Origin: Taibaiella sp. | GTDB lineage: Bacteria > Bacteroidota > Bacteroidia > Chitinophagales > Chitinophagaceae | DNA: 64,000 bases | Assembly (NCBI GenBank): GCA_016786705.1 | Contig: JAEUVV010000002.1 | Coordinates: 50,106 to 114,105 of the forward strand | Reading direction: 5' to 3' | Shown: positions 39,801-49,526 of the stretch, piece by piece | Layout of the letters: each line of letters starts with the position of its first letter | Position numbering within the stretch: position 1 is the first letter of the stretch | The notes under the pieces: generated by a model | The model's database searches: none | What the model saw: the letters and a program-made list of their open reading frames with translations, nothing else | What the model was told of the DNA's origin: nothing | Made by a program: the position numbers and the translations under genes

Positions 39801-40209
39801 GTACCACTTTTTCAAAGAGCGCTTCCGGGTAAGTGACCATCACTTTCTTACGCACCTGTTCGCCGCTCCATTTATTGAGGGCTTCGGTACGCAGCATAAC
39901 ATGGCTGCTGTTGATGTCGGTATACACCCCGGTCTTTTTATTAGAATCCGGGAAAAAGAAAATATCCAGGGCACCGCTCAGGTGCTCGAAATCGTTGTGA
40001 AAATAGGCGGCTTCGTCTTTATCATCCAGGATGAAGATATGGTTCAGCTCCGATTGCTCCCAGATACTATGCGCTACAAAACCTACCGCGTTGGCTTTCA
40101 GGTTTTGCAGGAGTATGTTTTGCTTGGGTTGGGGCAATGAGCAGGCGGCTGCCAGTTCTTTTAAACGGACATCAGACGAGTATAAGCCTTGCAGTGTTTG
40201 CAGGTTCAT
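36841..40209 (-). CDS. mfd: Transcription-repair coupling factor Mfd
   Basis: FAMRGGILDI, CarD-like GDFVSHIDYGVG, CGDVGFGKTEVA, DEEQKFGV, QLRGRVGRS, RDLDIRGAGNLLG. Confidence 0.99.
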   Translation of the reverse strand: MNLQTLQGLYSSDVRLKELAAACSLPQPKQNILLQNLKANAVGFVAHSIWEQSELNHIFILDDKDEAAYFHNDFEHLSGALDIFFFPDSNKKTGVYTDINSSHVMLRTEALNKWSGEQVRKKVMVTYPEALFEKVVQAKTLSKNMIQIAVNNHLDVKGILTRLVELGFRHEDFVYEPGQFAMRGGILDIYSFGNEHPYRIELFGNEVDSIRIFNPETQLSERKLLQVSILPNIETRFEATEKVSLLDFVPGNTVFWFKDKDIFLGKLAHYEDKLQELLAINEGVLEQRAEEDEEPKLLTEADFESAESWKARINDYHQIQFSNTEGKEGGENVSLTFHTEPQPSFNRNFDLLSANLRKWAEQHYTAYIFAENVKQLERLRVIFEDTNASVSFVPVPVSISNGFIDHDKKVLVYTDHQIFQRFYKYKIKQAYSKGKAITIKSLRELQPGDFVSHIDYGVGVYSGLQTIDVNGAKQEAVRIIYKDNDVLYVGINSLHKISKYAGKEGTEPKVHKLGSDTWNRLKDKTKRQVKDIAADLIRLYAQRKAAEGFMFTPDSYLQTELEASFFYEDTPDQSKAVADVKRDMESPNPMDRLVCGDVGFGKTEVAVRAAFKAVTDSKQVAVMVPTTILAYQHYQTFSERLKDFPVNVDYLNRFKSAKDKKETLQKLEEGKIDILIGTHALMGKDVKFKDLGLYIVDEEQKFGVAAKEKLRERKLNVDTLTLTATPIPRTLQFSLMAARDLSIINTPPPNRQPVHTELIGFDEDFIRDAIYYEAERGGQVYFIHNRVQSLPSMAEKIKALCPDLEIAVAHGQMEGAKLEKTLMDFIAHKYDVICCTNIVESGVDISNANTIIINNAHQFGLSDLHQLRGRVGRSNKKAFCYLVAPSLLTLPNDSRRRLQILEEFNELGSGFQIAMRDLDIRGAGNLLGGEQSGFIADIGFEMYQKILAEAIRELKQSDFKEVFAEEMERKKDYVSDCTIDTDLEILIPDTYVGSITERLSLYTQLDNLETEEELRSFEAMLVDRFGPIPREVKDLFTVVRCRKMAKDLGFEKLIIKNKVMRLYFINNPDSPYYESETFHKIMNYIQTGTNQAKMKQMGTVFLLVVNHIHSMDDVHFFLEGAL

Positions 40210-40470
40210 AAGGCTGCAAAATTAAGAAAAGCTGCATTAAGGAAACGATAATATTATCGGGTCTATATTTTCTCTTCAGCTTCCGTCCGGAACACTCAAT
40301 AGATCTTATTAAAAATTAAAAACATTTAACTTTACAAACACATAAATAAGCAAAGGATACCCCTAAATATTTTATGTATTACAGGAATTCGTATCCCTAT
40401 TTATTATTCCCAGTCAGTTTTTTTCTTGCCAAAACCCTTAATTTAGCGCCCCCTATTTTTTGAATAGTAA

Positions 40471-43326
40471 ATGAGCAAGGATACAAAAGCGCAGATCGAA
40501 TTATTACTGAACCCCGAAGCACTGGATACAGAGCAAAAACCATTCGCGGTATTGGCTGTAGATAAATCTACAAAATTTCCCTCTTTTAAAATGAGTGAGC
40601 TGACCGACAAGGCCATTGAAACGCATTTTAAAGACCGGGACTGGATCGTGACCGAGAAATTGCGGCAGCTAAGCACAGAAGGCTTTGCCTTCGGGATCAA
40701 CCAGCTCAAAAAACAGCACCAGAAAAATAAATCGGGCGTGAGCCAGGAGCGTTTCCTGGAAAAGGCAGTACCCCGTCACCTGCAAACCTGTGTAGAAGAG
40801 TTGCTACATGCCTTACCTTCTACGGCTCTTTATCACCGGGTCAAAAATCCGAAAACCGGCAACTACCTGATCGCGAAAGCGACTATTAATACCACAAAAC
40901 TAAAACCGGTTTTTGAAGTAACCCGGAAGCCTGATAACAATCTTGAGGTACAAATATTTTTACAGCAGGAAGAACAGCTAATCCCCTATGAAGCCTTTAC
41001 GGCATTCAGCTTTTTATTGCTCAAAGACAATCAATATTATTTAATAGACAACAACAGCCGGCAAACCATAGACTGGCTACAGGAGGGTATCGTAGCGCAA
41101 TACCAAAGTAATGATGCCCTTTTCGTAGAACGGGTTATCAAAAAACTGGAAGCACATTATACCGTAAAAAAAGAAGGCATCTTCACCCAAAACCTGATCG
41201 AATCCCAACCGGCCAATTGCCTGTTTTTAAGCGAGCTCAGCGATACCATGCTCATGCTGACCCCGAGATGGGATTATGAAGGCATCCTTGTCGATATCCC
41301 TTTCCAGGCATTACACGATACCGTACGCCAGGGGGTTAATTATTCTATCAAAAGGGACGAGGCGGCAGAATCCGGTTTTATCAACTACCTCAAAACCCTG
41401 CACCCGGCCTTTGAGAAACAAAACAATTTCCATTACCTGAGCTTTGCCGATGCTAAGAAGAAACAATGGTTCCTGAAAACCTATCATCGTTTGCTGGAAG
41501 ATGATGTGGCCATCATCGGCATGGAAATGCTGAAACATTTCCGTTATTCGCCGCATGCGCCCGAAACAAATTTTGAAGTGATCGAATCCTCGGAAAAGCG
41601 GCTTACCGCGAAAATGGAGATCGCTTTCGGCAACGAAAAAGTAAAGCTTACGGAAGTACAAAAATTATTGCTATCCGGCCAAAATACCATTTTACTCAAA
41701 GATGATTCTATCGGGGTATTCCCCGATGAATGGATGGAACAATATGCCCGTATCCTGAAACATGCCAAAGTGCGCAACGGGGAAATATCCGTATCCAAAT
41801 GGCTGGCCATGGGCCTGAAAGCGGGTGCGGTAAAAGACACACTGCTACCCGTAATCAGCCGGGAATGGCAGACTAAATGGATGCAATGGCAATCAGAAGA
41901 ACAGGCGATCTATCCATTACCGGCCTTACTCCACGCAGAACTAAGAAATTACCAATATAAAGGTTTTGAATGGATCAGCCTGCTGGCCGAGATCGGTGCC
42001 GGGGCCTGCCTGGCCGATGATATGGGCCTGGGCAAGACCCTGCAAACGATCGCTTACCTCTGCCGCGCGGTAGAGCAAAACCCCGACGCGCATATCCTCA
42101 TCAGTTGCCCGATGACCCTGGTGTTCAACTGGCAAAACGAGCTCCGGAAATTCGCGCCGCAACTAAGCGCCACGATCCATAATGGCGCGCAACGCAACCT
42201 GGGTGAATATTTTGCCGGTGGCCATAATATCTTAATCGTGTCTTATGGCACCCTGCGCAATGATATAGAACAGCTCACCGCCATCAAATGGGACGTAGTG
42301 GTGGCCGATGAAAGCCAGAATGTGAAAAACACGCAGGCGCTGACCACAAAGGCTTTGCTGCAACTCGAAGCGGAAATGCGCATTGCCCTGACCGGTACAC
42401 CGATCATGAACAACACGGCCGATATCTATGCGCAGATGGAATTCCTGGTACCGGGACTGCTGGGAAGTTTAGAATTCTTCAAGAAAGAATACGCGCAGCC
42501 GATCGACAAAGATGCCAATGAGTACAAGATGCAGCAATTGCAACAGATCGTAGGTCCATTCCTGCTCAAAAGAGATAAGAAGCATGTAGCGGCCGACCTG
42601 CCGGAGAAAACGGAAAGCATACTCTGGTGCCAGATGAATGAGCGCCAGCAAATTTTATATGAAGCGGTTAAAGCGCAGGTGGGCGAAAGCATTTTCCTGG
42701 ACATCAGCAACCAGGGACTGGGCGGCAGCAAGCTGAACATCTTACAGGCGATCTTAAAATTAAGACAGATCTGCGCCGCGCCGCAATTATTGGAAGAGTA
42801 TAAAGAAGAAAGTGCTTCTGTAAAACTGGAATTACTACTGGAGCAGATGGAAAAGCTAAAGGATAAAAAGATGCTGGTATTCTCGCAGTTTAAAGGGATG
42901 CTGCACCTGATCGCGCAGGCCTGCCGTAATCATGGCCTGGCTTACTATCATTTCGATGGCGACACGCCGCTGGCCCAAAGAAAAGAAATGGTGGAGCAAT
43001 TCCAGGACCCGGAAAACACAACCAATATCTTCCTCATCAGCCTGAAAGCGGGTAATGCAGGCCTGAACCTGACCGCAGCGGAATATGTATTCCTGGTGGA
43101 TCCCTGGTGGAACCAGGCGGTACAGCAGCAGGCCATAGACCGTACCCACCGGATCGGGCAGACCAAGAATATTTTCGCCTACCAGATGTTGTGTAAAGAC
43201 ACGATCGAAGAGAAGATGGTGCTACTGCAACAGAAGAAAGCGACTATATCAGACGGGCTGGTACATGCGGAAGAAAACTTTGTGAAGAACCTGAGCGAAG
43301 CGGATGTGCAGTATTTGTTTAGTTAG
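40471..43326 (+). CDS. SNF2-family helicase/ATPase
   Basis: LADDMGLGKTLQ, DESQNVKN, LTGTPIMN, SLKAGNAGLNL, DPWWN, DRTHRIGQ. Confidence 0.95.
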   Translation: MSKDTKAQIELLLNPEALDTEQKPFAVLAVDKSTKFPSFKMSELTDKAIETHFKDRDWIVTEKLRQLSTEGFAFGINQLKKQHQKNKSGVSQERFLEKAVPRHLQTCVEELLHALPSTALYHRVKNPKTGNYLIAKATINTTKLKPVFEVTRKPDNNLEVQIFLQQEEQLIPYEAFTAFSFLLLKDNQYYLIDNNSRQTIDWLQEGIVAQYQSNDALFVERVIKKLEAHYTVKKEGIFTQNLIESQPANCLFLSELSDTMLMLTPRWDYEGILVDIPFQALHDTVRQGVNYSIKRDEAAESGFINYLKTLHPAFEKQNNFHYLSFADAKKKQWFLKTYHRLLEDDVAIIGMEMLKHFRYSPHAPETNFEVIESSEKRLTAKMEIAFGNEKVKLTEVQKLLLSGQNTILLKDDSIGVFPDEWMEQYARILKHAKVRNGEISVSKWLAMGLKAGAVKDTLLPVISREWQTKWMQWQSEEQAIYPLPALLHAELRNYQYKGFEWISLLAEIGAGACLADDMGLGKTLQTIAYLCRAVEQNPDAHILISCPMTLVFNWQNELRKFAPQLSATIHNGAQRNLGEYFAGGHNILIVSYGTLRNDIEQLTAIKWDVVVADESQNVKNTQALTTKALLQLEAEMRIALTGTPIMNNTADIYAQMEFLVPGLLGSLEFFKKEYAQPIDKDANEYKMQQLQQIVGPFLLKRDKKHVAADLPEKTESILWCQMNERQQILYEAVKAQVGESIFLDISNQGLGGSKLNILQAILKLRQICAAPQLLEEYKEESASVKLELLLEQMEKLKDKKMLVFSQFKGMLHLIAQACRNHGLAYYHFDGDTPLAQRKEMVEQFQDPENTTNIFLISLKAGNAGLNLTAAEYVFLVDPWWNQAVQQQAIDRTHRIGQTKNIFAYQMLCKDTIEEKMVLLQQKKATISDGLVHAEENFVKNLSEADVQYLFS

Positions 43327-43465
43327 GATTTAAAGCGATCTTATAAATTTAAAATGCAAGCCTCGGGGTTTGTATTTTACATTTATGACAACTTATTTCT
43401 TGCCATAGCACAAGTCCTGAATATTTTTAAACGGTTAATTTTGCTGCCGCAAATTAATCAGCCAT

Positions 43466-44122
43466 ATGGTACCATTATTATTTCTCCTCATTGTTATCGC
43501 CGCATTAGCCCTGTTTTATTTTGGTACATGTAAAAACAGGAAAGTCCTCTTATATTTTTTAGTTTGGCAGGTAATCATCAGTAGCCTGGCCCTGCTCCGG
43601 GTATTTGAACAAAAACCGGGGATATTTATTGCTGTTATCATAGGTACCATACTACTGACTATAGTATCACTCAAAAACATTAAAACCGCTGCACTGAATA
43701 GCAGGCTGCTGCTTTCTATCCACATATTGAGAATCCCGGTAGAACTGGTTTTATACCAGCTCTACCTGCAGCATAAGATTCCGCTAAGCATGACTTATAA
43801 AGGGGTGAATTTTGATATAGTAATGGGCATTTCCGCACTTCTCCTGCCGGCATATAGCCTGCTAAGCGGCAAGCAAATCAACCGCGGCTTTTTTATCGCC
43901 TGGAATATTCTGGGCATAGGTTTCCTCATATTTATTGTTATCCTGGCTATACTATCCTCCCCGCTGCCAATACAACAGTTTGCCTTTGATCAGACGAATA
44001 TAGCCGTACTGACATTCCCTTATTGCCTCTTACCCGCGGTTGTAGTGCCGCTTGTACTCATGGCCCATATATTATTGCTCCGGGAAGAAAAAAGACGATC
44101 TTTTTCAAAAGACAATTTGTAG
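43466..44122 (+). CDS. Hypothetical multi-pass membrane protein
   Basis: Several hydrophobic helices; HILRIPVE and GVNFDI motifs. Confidence 0.75.
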   Translation: MVPLLFLLIVIAALALFYFGTCKNRKVLLYFLVWQVIISSLALLRVFEQKPGIFIAVIIGTILLTIVSLKNIKTAALNSRLLLSIHILRIPVELVLYQLYLQHKIPLSMTYKGVNFDIVMGISALLLPAYSLLSGKQINRGFFIAWNILGIGFLIFIVILAILSSPLPIQQFAFDQTNIAVLTFPYCLLPAVVVPLVLMAHILLLREEKRRSFSKDNL

Positions 44123-44188
44123 CGTTTCATTTTAGCAGATACAAATTCAGTTCTTTTTTTTATTTACTTTAGCTGAAGTAATACCCCA

Positions 44189-44713
44189 ATGCAACCCTAT
44201 ATGGACAGTATCAATTACATAGAAAATTTTATAGATAAGCCACAGGAATTATTTGACTATTTATCTGAAACCGTCAACTGGGACGAACGCATGAGCGCCC
44301 GTAAAACCGCCAGCTACGGTAAAGCTTACAATTATTCGCAAATGGCTTATTCCTACCAGGACTTCCTACCGGGGCTGCAAACAATCATCAATCAACTCAA
44401 ACCGGTCATTGGCTTTGAAGCGAATAACTGCCTGATCAATTATTATACGGATGGCAGTTCTAAAATGGGCTACCATTCCGATCAGACCGATATACTGGAA
44501 CCCGGTACCGGTATCGCCATTGTCTCTGTAGGCGCGACAAGAACTCTTAAGTTCAGAAATATCAATGACCCGGAACTATTCTTTACTTACGAATTAACTG
44601 CCGGCAGCCTGGTGTATATGAGCCAGGAAATACAAGCGCTCTGGCAACATGCGATACCCAAAGCAAAAACAGAACAGGGCCGCATGAGCCTTACGTTCAG
44701 AAAAATGATTTAA
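44189..44713 (+). CDS. AlkB-like 2OG-Fe(II) oxygenase
   Basis: CLINYY, MGYHSD, WQHAI, RMSLTFR. Confidence 0.92.
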   Translation: MQPYMDSINYIENFIDKPQELFDYLSETVNWDERMSARKTASYGKAYNYSQMAYSYQDFLPGLQTIINQLKPVIGFEANNCLINYYTDGSSKMGYHSDQTDILEPGTGIAIVSVGATRTLKFRNINDPELFFTYELTAGSLVYMSQEIQALWQHAIPKAKTEQGRMSLTFRKMI

Positions 44714-44760
44714 TTTACTTATGCTCAGGTTTATTCTATAACAAACAATCAGATCAAGAT

Positions 44761-45288
44761 ATGAAATATCATTTGCTATGTTGCTTTTTCATAACACTGG
44801 CTTCCTGCACCGAAAGCCGTAGTACAGCAAATAAAGAACAGGGCGGTATTCCCGATAATGCTCCTGATACTTTTAGCGAGTTTGAAAAAGCATGGACCAA
44901 TCTTGAGCATTACACAAAGGACACTTTAAAAACAATAGAGTTTCCAGGGGAAGGCGGTGAGGTAATCGTATACCACTCCCAAGCCGAGCATTTATTGATG
45001 CAGGTTTTTATCTACGGGACAACCGGAAAAATCAATTACTTTTATTTATTGGACAAAAAATTAAATCATAAGCTCACAAAAATAGTCCGATACTACTACG
45101 ACAGACCATTCACAGAAACAAATATGCAAATCGATTCTACGATTAATTATATAAACTATCTGCCCGGAATAAGCTATTTCGACAGTAATCGAATACTTAT
45201 TAAAGATACTTCAATCACCTCAGCATTAAAAACCGAATCGGAATCTCTGTTTAAAGACATCATTAGTAAAACCGACCTTCATAAATAA
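44761..45288 (+). CDS. Hypothetical lipoprotein
   Basis: Lipobox LAS-C. Confidence 0.7.
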   Translation: MKYHLLCCFFITLASCTESRSTANKEQGGIPDNAPDTFSEFEKAWTNLEHYTKDTLKTIEFPGEGGEVIVYHSQAEHLLMQVFIYGTTGKINYFYLLDKKLNHKLTKIVRYYYDRPFTETNMQIDSTINYINYLPGISYFDSNRILIKDTSITSALKTESESLFKDIISKTDLHK

Positions 45289-45478
45289 AAGATTATTTGC
45301 TTCGTAATGAATTGATCAGCTAGGAAATAAAAAGTAGATTCAAGTAAAAAATACAACTGAGTAACGGCCTGAAAAAGCTTGCCTTATGCCGGAAAAACAA
45401 ATCTTAGAACCATGCTGCATTCAATTTTAAACCCTAAGCAGGCTGACTTTTAAAAAATATAGCTTATTTTGTAATTAA

Positions 45479-46120
45479 ATGCTTACTGAGAAAAATCTCA
45501 ATAAACCGAATAACATAAGCCACATGAAATCAAAAGATATTTTCCTGGCACAGAGTTATGACAAGTTAGCGCAAGCGATCAGTGATATCCCGGAAGAAGT
45601 AACTACAGATATTTATGCCTTGTCCATTTTCTATTATGCAGAAGATGATGATCCCCGCTTCCCTTGTATTGAGGTAAGCTACAATACGCAGGCGCAATAT
45701 CTCCAGCAAACGGCCAATGCGACTCATGAAACAGAAGCGAAATGGAACTATGCTTTCTGGCTGCAGGAGTCTATTGCAAAAATAGGTGGGAAATCAGATG
45801 TGTTACTTAATGATTGGTTCAAAGCCAGTCCTTATTATTATTCAGAAACTGAAAACGAAGCCGCGAAAGAGGATGATGAACTATTCGACCGGCTTATGGA
45901 ACTGGGTGAAAATTTTGAAACTGAATTTATAGAGCATATCATTAACCACACCCGCAAATTATTCAAAGAACATGTGATAGAAAAGAAATTCGGCCAGGAC
46001 ATCCCTGTGATCATCCACGAGCTGGAATATTACGACCAACCTATTAGCTGGACCCAGAAAGCCAATAAAACCAACCTGATCGAAGAATTCCTGGAAGCAT
46101 ATCAAAACGGTAAACTATAA
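45479..46120 (+). CDS. DUF4303-like acidic protein
   Basis: DIYALS, AKWNYAFW, IPVIIHELEY; start may be 45524. Confidence 0.65.
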   Translation: MLTEKNLNKPNNISHMKSKDIFLAQSYDKLAQAISDIPEEVTTDIYALSIFYYAEDDDPRFPCIEVSYNTQAQYLQQTANATHETEAKWNYAFWLQESIAKIGGKSDVLLNDWFKASPYYYSETENEAAKEDDELFDRLMELGENFETEFIEHIINHTRKLFKEHVIEKKFGQDIPVIIHELEYYDQPISWTQKANKTNLIEEFLEAYQNGKL

Positions 46121-46227
46121 GAAAACAAACGCCATATCTCAGAGATTGATCAGGACAACTATAGAAAAGGCTATCTTGCAATAGCCCCCTCATCGATTAC
46201 CACAGGTATTTAATCAGCTACAATACA

Positions 46228-47847
46228 ATGGACCTTATTATACTCATTACAGGACTGCTCATCGGTACAATACTCACCTACCTGATCCTCAGCCTGCTGC
46301 ATCGATCAAAACATGTAACGAAAACCGAGCATGAATTATTAAGAACACAATTCAATAACAATACTATGCAATTAAAAGTCGCGGAAGACCGGCTTTTATC
46401 GCAACAGCAACTCCAGGCACAGCTACAGCTCAGGTTTGAACGCGGGCAGATGGAACTCAAAGAACTACAGGCAAAAAATGTGGCCCTCGAAACCAACGCG
46501 AAAAACAAAACCGAAAAGATCAACGAATTGAGCCAGGCATTATCGGAACAAGTAAACGCCGGCTACACACTACAAGATAAAGTCCAGGAGCTCAACAAAA
46601 AGTTGACGGAAGCTTTAGTGCTCAACCGTTCGCTGCAGGACCAGCTCGAACTGCAAAAAACAAGCATGCAGCAACAGGCAGAACAGCTGACACAACTGAA
46701 CGAAAAGAACCTGCAACTACATACAGACAACAGCGAATGGAAAGCTAATAACGCAGCACTCAAAGACAGGCTGGCGACCCAAAAAGAAGAGATCATTGAG
46801 CTGCAGCAAACAGCCCACTTACAATTTGAAAAAATCGCCCAGCAAATTTTTGAAGATAAATCCGGGAAATTCACCGAAGCCAACAAAGCCAATATTGAAG
46901 CCCTGCTGAAACCGCTGGGAGAAAATATTGACCTGTTCAAAAAGAAAGTAGAAGAAACCTATGACAAGGAATCCAAACAAAGGTTTTCCCTGGAAGAAAA
47001 AGTAAAAGAGCTGGTAGAACAAACCAATAAAGTAAGCAGCGAAGCTAACAACCTGGCGAGCGCCTTAAAAGGGCAGTCTAAAAAGCAGGGCAACTGGGGC
47101 GAGGTCATCCTCGAAAGCATCCTCCAGCAATCCGGCCTGGTAAAAAACCGGGAATACTTCCTGCAGCAAACCATAAAAGATGAGGCCGGCAGGAGCTTAA
47201 GACCTGATGTATTGGTCAAACTTCCTGACAACCGCATCATCATCATCGATTCTAAAGTTTCATTGGTAGCCTATGACCGCTTCTCGGCCGCCGACAATGC
47301 AGAACAGCAAACCATTCATTTAGCGGAACACCTCAAATCGGTATACATTCATATTGATGAGCTGAGCAGTAAACAATACGACAACCTGGATGCCGCCTTG
47401 GATTTCACCATGATGTTCGTTCCCATAGAGCCGGCCTACCTGGTAGCTATACAGGCCGACCAGGACCTCTGGGCTTATGCCTATGCCAAACGCGTACTGC
47501 TGGTGAGCCCTACCAACCTGATCGCCTGTTTAAAGCTAATGGCCGACCTGTGGAAGCGCGAAATGCAAAGTAAAAATGCCCTGGAGATTGTAAAGCGCGG
47601 CGAATTGCTGTATGAAAAATTTGTCAGCTTTGTAAGTACCCTGGAAGAACTGGGCCGCCAGATCAACAAAACACAGCAATCTTACACCACGGCCATCGGG
47701 CAATTGAACACCGGTAACGGTCATTTAATAGGGCAGGCGCTAAAACTTAAAAACCTGGGTCTGAAATCAAGTAAAGAAATTTCGCCGGCCTTATTACCTC
47801 CGGATTATGACCCGGAACACTTCCCTTCTGCAGCGCCTCTTCAATAA
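46228..47847 (+). CDS. rmuC: DNA recombination protein RmuC
   Basis: N-terminal TM, coiled coil, GNWGEVILE, RPDVLVKLP, IIDSKVSL, MFVPIE. Confidence 0.95.
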   Translation: MDLIILITGLLIGTILTYLILSLLHRSKHVTKTEHELLRTQFNNNTMQLKVAEDRLLSQQQLQAQLQLRFERGQMELKELQAKNVALETNAKNKTEKINELSQALSEQVNAGYTLQDKVQELNKKLTEALVLNRSLQDQLELQKTSMQQQAEQLTQLNEKNLQLHTDNSEWKANNAALKDRLATQKEEIIELQQTAHLQFEKIAQQIFEDKSGKFTEANKANIEALLKPLGENIDLFKKKVEETYDKESKQRFSLEEKVKELVEQTNKVSSEANNLASALKGQSKKQGNWGEVILESILQQSGLVKNREYFLQQTIKDEAGRSLRPDVLVKLPDNRIIIIDSKVSLVAYDRFSAADNAEQQTIHLAEHLKSVYIHIDELSSKQYDNLDAALDFTMMFVPIEPAYLVAIQADQDLWAYAYAKRVLLVSPTNLIACLKLMADLWKREMQSKNALEIVKRGELLYEKFVSFVSTLEELGRQINKTQQSYTTAIGQLNTGNGHLIGQALKLKNLGLKSSKEISPALLPPDYDPEHFPSAAPLQ

Positions 47848-47869
47848 ATTGTAAATAATAAAAATTCTG

Positions 47870-47910
47870 AAATCCCGTTTTTCCTATTATCGGAAACGGG
47901 ATTTTTATTA
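47870..47910 (+). terminator. Intrinsic terminator after rmuC
   Basis: aaatcccgttt...aaacgggattt plus T-rich tail. Confidence 0.75.
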
Positions 47911-48172
47911 TTAGTTCCACCATCTTCCCAGGTACTTTCAGGAAGCTAAATAAGCTTTCGCACTTCACCAATTATCAGTTTTACTGATAAGTATCCATTA
48001 TACGTTTAAACTATCAGGCCAGTTTATAAATTACTGGTTTTCCCTTATTGCCAGCTTAATACAAATAACTGAACTTTGCTCTTAGTGAGGAAGGAAAATA
48101 ATCAGGCACGACCTTAGCAGGTGTACACAATTGATTAACAATAAATTACAAGCACTAAAAAACAAGTAAACA

Positions 48173-48883
48173 ATGAAACTCTTTACCCTCAGGCTATTCT
48201 TTATTACCTTATTGCTACAAGGCGTGCTTTTGAATGCCCATGCACAGGACGCAGAATACCGCGGTGTAGATTATTACCTGGACACACTTCATCAATTGGA
48301 AACCCAGGCCCTGAAAAAAGAAGGTTTATTGGATAGCAGCGGTTTAAGAATCGCCAGGCAATACAGGGTACCCGGCAAGGAATACTTCACTCCTGAAGCA
48401 TACACCCGGTACGAGGCCATCATCATGAACGTACGCCTGTCTTTCTTCAAAGACTTTATGTACCAGCAGCATATCATCTATAATGATGAAGCTTATGTCC
48501 TTTATTTTTCTATGGATAATAATGAAGATGCCGAGTGGCAGATCCTGAAGTTCAATAAAGGAAGCTGGCATAAAGAGGACCGGATCGCTAAGCAACGTAT
48601 TGCTTATTGTAACATCGCTTCCGGGCAGGAATGCGACTTCCAGCCTATCGCCTTTAAATACCGGGAAGGAAACCGGAATTTAGAAAATGTAAAGATGTTT
48701 GTGAAGAACGATTTCCTGGTATTGGAAAGAGACGGGCTTTACCAGAGTTTATTTGATTTAAAACAACAAAAATTAGTTTTTAAGGAAGAAAACCCGGCCT
48801 ATACTACCAGTGAAAAATCAAAAGTAAATATGCTGCAAGAGGAGCGCCTGCATGAGAAAATTGACCAGGTGATCAACCAGTAA
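48173..48883 (+). CDS. Secreted hypothetical protein
   Basis: Signal peptide AHA|Q; 236-aa ORF. Confidence 0.7.
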   Translation: MKLFTLRLFFITLLLQGVLLNAHAQDAEYRGVDYYLDTLHQLETQALKKEGLLDSSGLRIARQYRVPGKEYFTPEAYTRYEAIIMNVRLSFFKDFMYQQHIIYNDEAYVLYFSMDNNEDAEWQILKFNKGSWHKEDRIAKQRIAYCNIASGQECDFQPIAFKYREGNRNLENVKMFVKNDFLVLERDGLYQSLFDLKQQKLVFKEENPAYTTSEKSKVNMLQEERLHEKIDQVINQ

Positions 48884-48920
48884 TACCAACTTGTTCCCTT
48901 TTTTTAATTGATATATACAG

Positions 48921-48957
48921 ATGGGCTATTGAGCAATCAATGGCCCATTCGCTTTTT
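48921..48957 (+). terminator. Probable terminator
   Basis: atgggctattga-gcaa-tcaatggcccat plus T-run. Confidence 0.6.
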
Positions 48958-49035
48958 CTCTAAAACAATTTTCATACTACAGACTGAGCGTATCCGTTCT
49001 TTTACTTTAAATTTGTTTCAAATCAAAACACACCC

Positions 49036-49524
49036 ATGAAAGCTATTGTATGGAGTGGCACTCTTATTTTTTTCCTGCTATTTACAGGAAGTATTACTTA
49101 CGAACAGGTTTTCGGCATACCCATAGAAAAGATTGATACAGCCGTTTTCATCTATTTGGAAGATTGTGGTAATGACGATGCGCCGACGCTAAATAACGCG
49201 GAAAGCAGCTACCTGAATGCCGTAATGTACCGTTATCCTAAGCGGCCTTTCGATTTCAGCCATAAGAGCATTGCATTTGTAACCGGCAGTAGCGGGAAGA
49301 CCATTTCCGGCAAACAAGCCTATTTTAATACAGAAAAAAAACGACTCCGGGACCGGGATAATAGGTCCTTAAATGGTGGCCAACTGGTTGTTTTTAACGA
49401 GCTCGAAAAACAACAGTCCGGAGGCTACGACGCGGTCATCGTATACTGGAGCAAATTATTAGCTACAAAAAAAGGGCTCATAAAACTACTGAATAAACAA
49501 GCTCCCCAACAAATTAAATCATAA
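49036..49524 (+). CDS. Secreted hypothetical protein, single copy of the domain duplicated in 72..845
   Basis: GNDDAPTLNNAESSYLN...FDFSHK...EKQQSGGYDAVIV. Confidence 0.75.
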   Translation: MKAIVWSGTLIFFLLFTGSITYEQVFGIPIEKIDTAVFIYLEDCGNDDAPTLNNAESSYLNAVMYRYPKRPFDFSHKSIAFVTGSSGKTISGKQAYFNTEKKRLRDRDNRSLNGGQLVVFNELEKQQSGGYDAVIVYWSKLLATKKGLIKLLNKQAPQQIKS

Positions 49525-49526
49525 AT

